DNA of 32,000 nucleotides from Acutalibacteraceae bacterium (GTDB lineage Bacteria; Bacillota; Clostridia; Oscillospirales; Acutalibacteraceae): NCBI GenBank assembly GCA_045589395.1, contig JAZNOZ010000003.1, positions 25,576 to 57,575 of the forward strand, read 5' to 3'. Shown piece by piece: positions 24,466 to 32,000 of this stretch (position 1 is its first letter; each line of letters starts with the position of its first letter). The notes under the pieces were generated by a model. It saw only the letters and a program-made list of their open reading frames with translations, ran no database searches and was not told where the DNA came from. The position numbers and the translations under genes were made by a program.

Positions 24466-25152
24466 ATGTTTTTTGAAACAATAATCAATAATCTTTTGCT
24501 GTTTGCACTCCATCTGGACACTACTTCAATTTTTCCTGAACCTCTGTCTCCGAAAGAAGAGAAAGAATATATTGAAAAAATGCAAAAAGGCGATAAAAAG
24601 GCAAGAGAAGTTCTTATAGAACGCAATCTTCGCCTTGTGGCACACATAATAAAGAAATACTATCAGACAAATGCAGAAACAGATGAACTGATTTCCGTTG
24701 GAACGGTGGGACTTATAAAAGCAATAAATACATATGACCCGACAAAGGGGGTTAAGCTTGCAACATACACATCCCGTTGCATTGACAACGAAATTCTTAT
24801 GTTTTTCAGAAGTCAGAAAAAAACTGCGCTTGATATTTCATTTGATGAACCTATTGAAACAGACAGCGAAGGTAATCCTCTGACGCTTATGGATATTATT
24901 GCAACGGATGATACCGTTTTAGAAGAAATCTGCCTTAAAACAAATACCGCTAAGCTTATAAAATTTGTAAATGAAATCGACAATAAAAGAGAACGGGAAA
25001 TAATTATTATGAGATACGGACTTGACGGTAAACCGCCTAAAACACAAAATGAAATTGCCCAAATGTATAACATCTCCCGTTCATATGTCAGCAGAATAGA
25101 AACAAAATGCTTAAAAAAGCTACGAAATAAATTTGAAAATCAAATTGATTGA
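24466..25152 (+). CDS. sigK: sporulation sigma factor, pro-sigma-K
   Basis: The hydrophobic pro-sequence is followed by FPEPLSPKEEKEYIEKMQKGD and NLRLVAHIIKKY. The FPxPLS and LRLVAHI motifs distinguish SigK from SigE. Region 4.2 is ISRSYVSRIE. The ORF is uninterrupted. Confidence 0.8.
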   Translation: MFFETIINNLLLFALHLDTTSIFPEPLSPKEEKEYIEKMQKGDKKAREVLIERNLRLVAHIIKKYYQTNAETDELISVGTVGLIKAINTYDPTKGVKLATYTSRCIDNEILMFFRSQKKTALDISFDEPIETDSEGNPLTLMDIIATDDTVLEEICLKTNTAKLIKFVNEIDNKREREIIIMRYGLDGKPPKTQNEIAQMYNISRSYVSRIETKCLKKLRNKFENQID

Positions 25153-25209
25153 CATAAAACTGCTTTGCTATTATTATATAGACATAAAGCTTTTATGGAG
25201 TTGATAAAA

Positions 25210-27621
25210 ATGAGCTCGTATATGGATACTTTTAAGTTTTCTTCAGACGCAAAAACACCCACCAAAAATACATTTATTAAAAACGGAGTACGCTTTTCGG
25301 TTATAACCGAGTCTTTAATCAGAATTGAAGAACAAGGCAGCAGCGTTTTCTGTGATATGCCGACTCAGTCAGTTGTGAACAGAGCGTTTAATTGCCCTGA
25401 ATTTTCCGTTTCTGTCTGCGGCAGCATAGTTTGCATAAAAACAGACAAAACGGAATTTCACTACTCTTTTGATAAGAAAAAGATGATTAAAATTATTCTT
25501 GATGATAAAAGAGTGGTCACGAATTTCAAAAAAGGAAATCTCAAAGGCACCTGCCGTACATTAGACGGTACTAACGGTAAGACATTGCTTGGGGACGGTA
25601 TAATATCAAGAAACGGTGTTGCTGTGCTTGATGACAGCAATTCACTTGTTCTTTGTGAAGACGGCACAATTTCAAAACGCAAATGTAAATCCAAGGATAT
25701 TTATTATTTTGCTTATTCACACAGATATAAGGAAGCCGTTGCCGATTTTATGCATCTCACGGGTGAGCCGCCTTTAGTGCCGAGATTTGCATTAGGTAAT
25801 TGGTGGAGCAGATACAAGGCATACACGCAGGAAGAATACATTTCACTTATGCAGCGTTTTATTGATGAAAAAATACCGATTTGCGTTGCAACAGTTGATA
25901 TGGATTGGCATTGGGTTGATGTTGTAAAAAAATTCGGTACAGACAGTAAGAATAAAAAAGAGAAAAATAATATGCAGGAGCTTTTTTATGATCTGATTTC
26001 TCCCGGCTGGACAGGATATTCGTGGAATACCGATTTGTTTCCTTCTCCCAAAGAGTTTCTTAAATGGCTCAAAGACAATAATTTTAAAACTACATTGAAT
26101 CTTCACCCTGCAACAGGCTGCAGATTTTTTGAAGATGCTTATCCTGAATTCTGTGAATTTATGGGTATCGATAAAGAAACAAAAAAACAGATTCCCTTTG
26201 ATATAACAGACAGAAAATTTATTGAGGGGTATTTCCGTTTTCTTCACCATCCGCACGAAGCAGACGGTGTTGATTTCTGGTGGATCGATTGGCAGCAAGG
26301 CAAAAAAACTGCTGTTGAAGGTCTTGATCCTCTGTGGGCATTGAATCACTATCATTCAATGGATATTGCAAGAGAGGGTAAAAAAAGACCGCTTATTCTT
26401 TCCCGTTTCGCAGGTGCAGGCTCAAACAGATACCCTCTCGGCTTTTCGGGAGATACTGCTCAGTCCTGGCAGACTCTTGCATTTCAGCCGTATTTTACTT
26501 CAACTGCATCTAATATCGGTTATACATGGTGGAGCCATGATATAGGCGGTCACCATCACGGTAAAAGAGATGATGAGCTGTATCTTCGCTGGCTTCAATA
26601 CGGCATTTTCAGTCCTATTATGCGTCTTCATTCAACTGCAAATGAATTTATGGGCAAAGAACCGTGGAAATACAGAAAGCATGTCTGCGATATTGCATCT
26701 GATGCACTCCGCTTCCGTCACAGAATGATTCCCTATATTTATTCTGCAAACAGACAAACTAATCTTAACGGAATTCCTCTTGTTCAGCCGATGTATTACG
26801 ATTTTCCCGAAAAAGAAGAAGCATATAATGTTCCGAATGAATTTAAGTTCGGCTCAGAGCTTATTGTTTGTGCTATAACAGAAAAAGTAAATCCCAAAAC
26901 TTATCTTGCGCCAACCAAAGTTTTCTTACCGGAGGGGCGTTTTACTGACATTTTTTCCGACAGAATTTATAATGGTAATCAGACAGTCACCTTGTACCGT
27001 GATGAAGGCACAATACCCGTTCTTGCAAAGGAGGGTGCTATTATTCCGCTAGCAGTTGAGTGTGAAAAAAATGACTGGAAAAATCCCGAGAAACTCGAAG
27101 TGCTGGTTTTCAGAGGCAATTCATCGTTTGTTCTGTATGAAGATGACGGAGAATCAATGGATTATCTTGACGGTTATTTTGCTGAAACAAAATTTGAAGT
27201 TTCCGAAGAAAATAAAAATGTGAAATTTACAATTAACCCTGCTGTCGGTAATCTGAATGTTATCCCGACCCAAAGAGAATATATCCTCTCTTTCAGAGAT
27301 ATAACCCAAGCTGATAAAATTTCATTGACTGTCAACAATCAAAATGCTGATTTTGTAACAAGCAAAGAAAAAGACTGTATTAAGATACATTTCACGCTGG
27401 CAAACACAGATTTGGCAGAAATTTGTTTTGATAATATCACACCGAGATACAGCGTAAGCAAAAAAGAGCAATTAGTTGATTTATTATCAAAATGTCAGGG
27501 CAACAATGATGCAAAAGTATTGCGTCTGTCAAAGCTTCTGAAAGAAAATTCACAAGCTAACGCACCTGCAATGCTAAAGGGACCCATTCAGGAACTTGAT
27601 GCTCTTTATTACGGCGAATAA
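25210..27621 (+). CDS. GH31 family alpha-glucosidase/alpha-xylosidase
   Basis: VATVDMDWHW, DFWWIDWQQG, the FSGDTAQSWQTL block and WSHDIGGH are in GH31 order. ATG 25210 (GGAG 9 nt upstream) is preferred to the track's TTG at 25165. Confidence 0.85.
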   Translation: MSSYMDTFKFSSDAKTPTKNTFIKNGVRFSVITESLIRIEEQGSSVFCDMPTQSVVNRAFNCPEFSVSVCGSIVCIKTDKTEFHYSFDKKKMIKIILDDKRVVTNFKKGNLKGTCRTLDGTNGKTLLGDGIISRNGVAVLDDSNSLVLCEDGTISKRKCKSKDIYYFAYSHRYKEAVADFMHLTGEPPLVPRFALGNWWSRYKAYTQEEYISLMQRFIDEKIPICVATVDMDWHWVDVVKKFGTDSKNKKEKNNMQELFYDLISPGWTGYSWNTDLFPSPKEFLKWLKDNNFKTTLNLHPATGCRFFEDAYPEFCEFMGIDKETKKQIPFDITDRKFIEGYFRFLHHPHEADGVDFWWIDWQQGKKTAVEGLDPLWALNHYHSMDIAREGKKRPLILSRFAGAGSNRYPLGFSGDTAQSWQTLAFQPYFTSTASNIGYTWWSHDIGGHHHGKRDDELYLRWLQYGIFSPIMRLHSTANEFMGKEPWKYRKHVCDIASDALRFRHRMIPYIYSANRQTNLNGIPLVQPMYYDFPEKEEAYNVPNEFKFGSELIVCAITEKVNPKTYLAPTKVFLPEGRFTDIFSDRIYNGNQTVTLYRDEGTIPVLAKEGAIIPLAVECEKNDWKNPEKLEVLVFRGNSSFVLYEDDGESMDYLDGYFAETKFEVSEENKNVKFTINPAVGNLNVIPTQREYILSFRDITQADKISLTVNNQNADFVTSKEKDCIKIHFTLANTDLAEICFDNITPRYSVSKKEQLVDLLSKCQGNNDAKVLRLSKLLKENSQANAPAMLKGPIQELDALYYGE

Positions 27622-27658
27622 CAAGAAAAGGAACGGCTCGCAGCCGTTCCTTTTCTTG
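27622..27658. terminator. bidirectional terminator between GH31 and tmcAL
   Basis: Perfect 17-bp stem CAAGAAAAGGAACGGCT pairs with AGCCGTTCCTTTTCTTG, with loop CGC. Confidence 0.8.
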
Positions 27659-27659
27659 T

Positions 27660-28898
27660 TTATTTGATTATTATAGGTTTGTTTGAAAAATCACTGTTTG
27701 CTTTTTTAGGTATTGGCTTACATAATTCATACAGCTTCCCTGCCATTATATCAGCCTGCAATGCATCAAAAGCCAACTTATTACTTGTGTTGACCTCAGA
27801 TAAATTAGAAATAAAATCAACTGTCTGTTTTTCTTTTATCAATCGCAGAATTTCTCTTCCTTTTTCGTTATGTCCGAGAATTCTGACATACCCGATATCC
27901 TGATTGAGAAAATCTCTGCTTATACCAAGCACAGCATTAAGAATAATCTGTCTAACTCTTGCATGAGTGTATCTTTTTGATTTTATTTCATCGTAAACAT
28001 CACCCAAGGTACATTTTTCCTGCAAGGCCTTTAATATTTTATTTTCAAGTCCGTGAGAAACATTGTTTATTTTTGCAAAATATTCGGCATCATATGAATA
28101 AAGTCTGGATAAAGCCATAATCTCAAATTTTTCTTTGCTGACAGGCATATCAAAGCTTTTTATTGCCTGCTCATAGACCTGAAGTGAATTTTTGGGCAAA
28201 AAATTGCACAGATTATACAAATTGTATTGTTCTTTTTGAGAATTATACTCTTTGTATAATTCATTTCTTATGCTCATTGCACTTGCAATATTCTCTGTCT
28301 TCAGAAATGAATCGTGAGATGTCCCCAGACGCTCAACTGCAGAAAAGTTAAGATTGAGATTCTTCTTTTTTGCTTCCTTTATATACTCTATAGCAAGTGT
28401 GTTGTTTGCATCTTCAAGTACGGAGGACAGCTTCTCTGAATAATTTTCTTTAAGAAACAGACTCATTGCAGCAGGATAACTTAAACCTTTTTCACGGCTT
28501 ATTTTTTCTGTTTGCTCTTTTGTGATTTTTTCTTCGCTTAAGTCTGCAACAGCAATCAGCTCTTCAACAGAATTTTTTGCACCAAACGACAATATACCGC
28601 TCAAGCCGGCTTTTTCTATAACAGAAACAGCCCCCTTTGCAAAATATGGCGCATTTGAAACTGCATATTTAAGAGGCAGCTCCAGAACAAGGTCTGCACC
28701 TCCGAGCAAAGCTGCCTTTGCTCTTATATGCTTATCACAGATTGCAATATCCCCTCTTTGCACAAAGTTACCGCTCATCACGGCAATTATATGAGAGGCC
28801 CCGTTTTCTCTTGTTTTTTCAATATGATATTTATGACCGTTGTGAAACGGGTTATATTCAGCTATTATAAAAGCGGGCTTAATTGCTTCAGCAAACAT
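27660..28898 (-). CDS. tmcAL: tRNA(Met) cytidine acetate ligase (TmcAL/YlbM, UPF0348 nucleotidyltransferase)
   Basis: N-terminus IIAEYNPFHNGHKYHIEKTR...IIAVMSGNFVQRGD is the HxGH-type nucleotidyltransferase signature of the YlbM family. Length is 412 aa. Confidence 0.75.
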   Translation of the reverse strand: MFAEAIKPAFIIAEYNPFHNGHKYHIEKTRENGASHIIAVMSGNFVQRGDIAICDKHIRAKAALLGGADLVLELPLKYAVSNAPYFAKGAVSVIEKAGLSGILSFGAKNSVEELIAVADLSEEKITKEQTEKISREKGLSYPAAMSLFLKENYSEKLSSVLEDANNTLAIEYIKEAKKKNLNLNFSAVERLGTSHDSFLKTENIASAMSIRNELYKEYNSQKEQYNLYNLCNFLPKNSLQVYEQAIKSFDMPVSKEKFEIMALSRLYSYDAEYFAKINNVSHGLENKILKALQEKCTLGDVYDEIKSKRYTHARVRQIILNAVLGISRDFLNQDIGYVRILGHNEKGREILRLIKEKQTVDFISNLSEVNTSNKLAFDALQADIMAGKLYELCKPIPKKANSDFSNKPIIIK

Positions 28899-29008
28899 TT
28901 ATAAACTCTCCTATTACAGAAAATCAAACAAAACACTTGAAATAATTTGTTGCAATGTATATAATATACTCCGTTAAACAAATAATCAAGAATTATTCGG
29001 AGGTAGTT

Positions 29009-30226
29009 ATGAAAATTCTCGTACTCAACTGCGGCAGTTCCTCACTCAAATATCAGCTCATTGATATGACAACTAATGAGTTACTCGCAAAGGGCATCTG
29101 CGAACAAATCGGAGATAAGAGCACTTTTACTCACAAGGTTCCCGCAGATGAAGCAAAGAACTGCAAGTCTGTTCCTATGACAATGAGCGATCATAACGAT
29201 GCTATCAGCATTGTCATAAACACTCTCACAAGCAAAGAGCAGGGTGTTATTGAATCAATGAACGAAATCAGTGCTGTCGGCCACAGAGTTGTTCACGGCG
29301 GTGAAAAGTTCAACGGTGCGGTTCTTATCAATGAAGATGTTAAAAAGGCAATTGATGAATGTTCAGCACTCAGCCCTCTCCACAACCCCGCAAACCTTAT
29401 GGGTATTACTGCTTGTGAAAAGATTATGCCTGAAGTTCCTCAGGTTGCTGTATTTGATACAGGCTTCCACTCAACAATGCCCGACTATGCATATATGTAT
29501 GCTCTCCCCTATGAATTTTATGAGAAATACGGCATCCGCCGTTACGGCTTCCACGGCACATCTCACAGATATGTAAGCAAGAGATGTATTGACCTTCTCG
29601 GCGGTAAGGCAGAAGGAACAAAAATTGTTACCTGCCATCTCGGCAACGGCTCTTCCATTTCTGCTGTTAAAGACGGCAAATGTCTTGACACAACAATGGG
29701 TGTAACACCTCTCGAAGGAATTCTTATGGGTACTCGTTGCGGTTCTATTGACCCCTCAATCATTCCCATTCTTATGAGAGAACACGAAAAAGAAACCGAA
29801 AAAGCTCTCACTGCAGATGAGCTTGATGCTATTATGAACAAAAAATCAGGTATGCTCGGTATTGCAGGAACAAGCGACAACCGCACTATTGAAAACAATG
29901 CAAAGAACGGCGACGAACGCGCAAAGCTTGTTGAATCAATGCTCTGCCATCAGCTCACAAAGTACATCGGCGGCTTTGCTGCTGCTATGGGCGGACTCGA
30001 TGCAGTTGTTTTCACAGGCGGTATCGGTGAAAACAATCCTCAGTACAGAACAAGAGTTGCTGCAAACCTTGAATTCCTCGGTACAGCCATCAACGAAGAT
30101 GCAAACAAGCTTCGCGGTGAGGAAGTTGAAATTTCAGTTCCCGGTTCAAAGGTTAAGCTTTTCGTAATACCCACAAACGAAGAATTAATGATAGCTCAGG
30201 ATACACAGGAAACGGTATCAAAATAA
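29009..30226 (+). CDS. ackA: acetate kinase
   Basis: [35 protein letters not shown] and TCHLGNGSS are present. GGAGGT lies 5-6 nt upstream of ATG 29009, and the track start at 28955 is too far upstream. Confidence 0.95.
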   Translation: MKILVLNCGSSSLKYQLIDMTTNELLAKGICEQIGDKSTFTHKVPADEAKNCKSVPMTMSDHNDAISIVINTLTSKEQGVIESMNEISAVGHRVVHGGEKFNGAVLINEDVKKAIDECSALSPLHNPANLMGITACEKIMPEVPQVAVFDTGFHSTMPDYAYMYALPYEFYEKYGIRRYGFHGTSHRYVSKRCIDLLGGKAEGTKIVTCHLGNGSSISAVKDGKCLDTTMGVTPLEGILMGTRCGSIDPSIIPILMREHEKETEKALTADELDAIMNKKSGMLGIAGTSDNRTIENNAKNGDERAKLVESMLCHQLTKYIGGFAAAMGGLDAVVFTGGIGENNPQYRTRVAANLEFLGTAINEDANKLRGEEVEISVPGSKVKLFVIPTNEELMIAQDTQETVSK

Positions 30227-30245
30227 ACCTCTGAAAATATCATTA

Positions 30246-30293
30246 TAAAAAATATCGGCAGGATTTGAATTCAACCAAGTCCTGCCGATTTTA
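30246..30293. terminator. bidirectional terminator between ackA and the convergent amidase gene
   Basis: Stem ATCGGCAGGA (30254-30263) pairs with TCCTGCCGAT (30280-30289). It is flanked by an A-run on the left and a T-run on the right. Confidence 0.7.
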
Positions 30294-30299
30294 TACTAT

Positions 30300-32000
30300 T
30301 TAATAATTTGTTGCAAAATACTGCTCTATTCCCTTTGCAATTCCGTCTGCTAACCAATACTGACAATTATCATCAGTAAGCACCTTTCCCTCAACGGGAT
30401 TTGTCATAAAGCCTGTTTCAACTAATACAGAAGGACAATTATCCAATCTTGTTACATAAAACGGATAATACTTTGTGCCCCTGTTGACACGGGAATAATT
30501 TGAATCTGCGGGAGAATAGATATAACTACGGTAACTGTTCACAAGATTCTCGTTTATTGCCTGCGCCAAAGGCTTCGAATACGAACGGAAATAAAATGTG
30601 TGCGTACCCGAATCTCCCGTATTATCTGAACCGTCACAATGTATACTGACAAAAATATCAGGATTCTGTTTTCCGAACAGCTTTGCTCGCTGAGCAAGAG
30701 TCAAAGGAGTATCCATTACTCTTGACATTATAACAGTTGCACCCTTTGCTTCAAGCATCTGTTTAACCTTATTTGCAATCGAAAATGTTACTGTAGCCTC
30801 CGCAACTGAATTATCTGCAACAGCCGTACCGGTCATAGATAATCCGCCATGACCGGGATCAAGCATAACAACCTTACCGAAAAGAGTATTGTCATTATGT
30901 TTTTTTAACGATAGAACAAAATGCCCGTCTTCATTTGTGTACATATCAAAGCCATAGAACTGCCCTGCCTGTCTTAAATGAAGTCTTAACATAATAGTTT
31001 CTGCCCCCGATGCAAAAACTTCATATGATGAAACAACACTGTTGGGAGCAAAAGACAGTAAAGATGTATTCAGCAGCTGATTGGTGTAATTGAATTTCAC
31101 ATCAATATACTGTGCGGTAAATGCAGATACATTATATGAGAAATTGAGATACCCCACGCTGTATTGCTGCGGGTAAGCCTGAACAGTTACAGGAACAAGC
31201 CAATCAACATCAAAAACTATATCCGTGCTGTTAATCTTTGTATCATCAACGGCTGCAACACTTGCTGTATTGACAGGCATTACATATGCATTGTTTATAA
31301 GCTCACAGTCAACTCCGTACACTGATATACCCGAAGCAAGCTCATAACGGATATAGCCTTCTGTTGATACTGTCATATTTTTAACATAATCTAATGTGCC
31401 GGCCATCAGAGTGGAAAGAGTCGGCTGATAAGTATCATAAGCCGAAACAGGGCCTAACTGCTCGGTATCATCATTGACAACCCTGCACATAAGAGCCGTA
31501 CCCAAGCCGTTATCAGAAAAAGGTGAAACATTATAAACATTTTCCGGAGCTTCAACAGTTTCTTCTTCAACAGTCAGAGATTCGGAAAAGAACCTTTTAT
31601 AAAAAAATTCAAGTATAGCATCAAGAAAAGCGGAACGATTTGATTTAAGCAAGGTAACTCTGCCACATGTAACATTTTCCTGCGCATTTCCCAACACCGC
31701 ATTAATTGTCAGAGTACCGAGATTTATATCTGCATATGAATTATTTTCAAAAGAAATGCCGCAAGAGAAAACAGAATAACCCTCAGGAACATAATCAAAA
31801 ACAACACTCTTATCGGGATACATCTGATAGCTGTTGCCGTTAAGAACAGCATACGGAGTGACATTATTCATACAAACCGCATACACATAAACGGTTTCAT
31901 CTTTTGAAACATTCACATCTGTTTGAGGATAATAATTAAGCAAAAGATCGGAATTATTGTATACTCTGTAGGTTATATTTTTACCGCAGCTGAAAAAATG
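30300..32000 (-). CDS. large cell-wall amidase (C-terminal Amidase_3 domain); the 5' end lies beyond the right edge
   Basis: VVMLDPGHGG...SIHCD...VETGFMTNP is an Amidase_3 domain. The reading frame stays open from the track's TTG at 31943 up to position 32000 (…HFFSCGKNITYRVYNNSDLL-LNYYPQ), so the gene is truncated by the window. Confidence 0.8.
   Translation of the reverse strand, partial: HFFSCGKNITYRVYNNSDLLLNYYPQTDVNVSKDETVYVYAVCMNNVTPYAVLNGNSYQMYPDKSVVFDYVPEGYSVFSCGISFENNSYADINLGTLTINAVLGNAQENVTCGRVTLLKSNRSAFLDAILEFFYKRFFSESLTVEEETVEAPENVYNVSPFSDNGLGTALMCRVVNDDTEQLGPVSAYDTYQPTLSTLMAGTLDYVKNMTVSTEGYIRYELASGISVYGVDCELINNAYVMPVNTASVAAVDDTKINSTDIVFDVDWLVPVTVQAYPQQYSVGYLNFSYNVSAFTAQYIDVKFNYTNQLLNTSLLSFAPNSVVSSYEVFASGAETIMLRLHLRQAGQFYGFDMYTNEDGHFVLSLKKHNDNTLFGKVVMLDPGHGGLSMTGTAVADNSVAEATVTFSIANKVKQMLEAKGATVIMSRVMDTPLTLAQRAKLFGKQNPDIFVSIHCDGSDNTGDSGTHTFYFRSYSKPLAQAINENLVNSYRSYIYSPADSNYSRVNRGTKYYPFYVTRLDNCPSVLVETGFMTNPVEGKVLTDDNCQYWLADGIAKGIEQYFATNY

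Noticed and set aside
28201-28225. Near-match to the att half-site (ATTATACAAAT...TTGTAT) inside tmcAL
   Set aside because: It matches only 10/11, lies inside a well-supported coding region and has no flanking similarity, so it is considered chance.
1-32000. Search for CRISPR arrays, tRNA, rRNA, riboswitch or T-box leaders, and IS elements
   Set aside because: No regularly spaced repeats, cloverleaf-like GC-rich segments, long structured 5' leaders or transposase-like ORFs were seen. Other antisense track ORFs (for example 3509-3769, 8209-8433, 19467-20048, 25843-26355, 29271-29898) sit inside strong genes and were dismissed.

Overview
Low-GC chromosomal segment that looks like a spore-forming member of the Clostridia. 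All functional calls rest on motif recognition by eye, because no database search could be run. Backbone genes are: a secreted CAZyme/esterase cluster (1-4642); azlCD (4783-5804); a GPH-type sugar symporter divergent from a bacterial GH3/JAR1-like adenylating enzyme (5872-9219); a small membrane protein, spoIIM and a Xer-like tyrosine recombinase (9334-11392); then radA, a cwlD-like amidase, a membrane protein, a metallophosphoesterase, a GH78-like glycosidase, pro-sigma-K, a GH31 glycosidase, tmcAL, ackA and a large amidase (18755-32000). The stand-out feature lies between the recombinase gene and radA. It is a ~6.67 kb insertion (11479-18195) bounded by 52-bp direct repeats (49/52 identical). 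It carries the full gene set expected of a filamentous (inovirus-like) phage of a monoderm host. That set comprises an XRE repressor with three operator-like sites, a gV-like small protein, secreted C-terminally anchored minor-coat-like proteins and several tiny hydrophobic proteins. Two of the tiny proteins are below the ORF-track cutoff. The set also has a pVIII-like major coat protein, a Zot/pI-like P-loop ATPase, a highly structured intergenic region and a Rep_trans (pT181 RepC-like) rolling-circle initiator. There is no secretin. The repeats end exactly at the edge of a dif-like 11-6-11 site. This site is a perfect palindrome at the right junction and a hybrid at the left junction. It sits about 100 bp upstream of the Xer-like gene, which suggests Xer-mediated (IMEX-type) integration. 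Degenerate extra copies of the site and of phage-end sequence flank the element, which suggests repeated or tandem integration. No rRNA, tRNA or CRISPR array was recognised.
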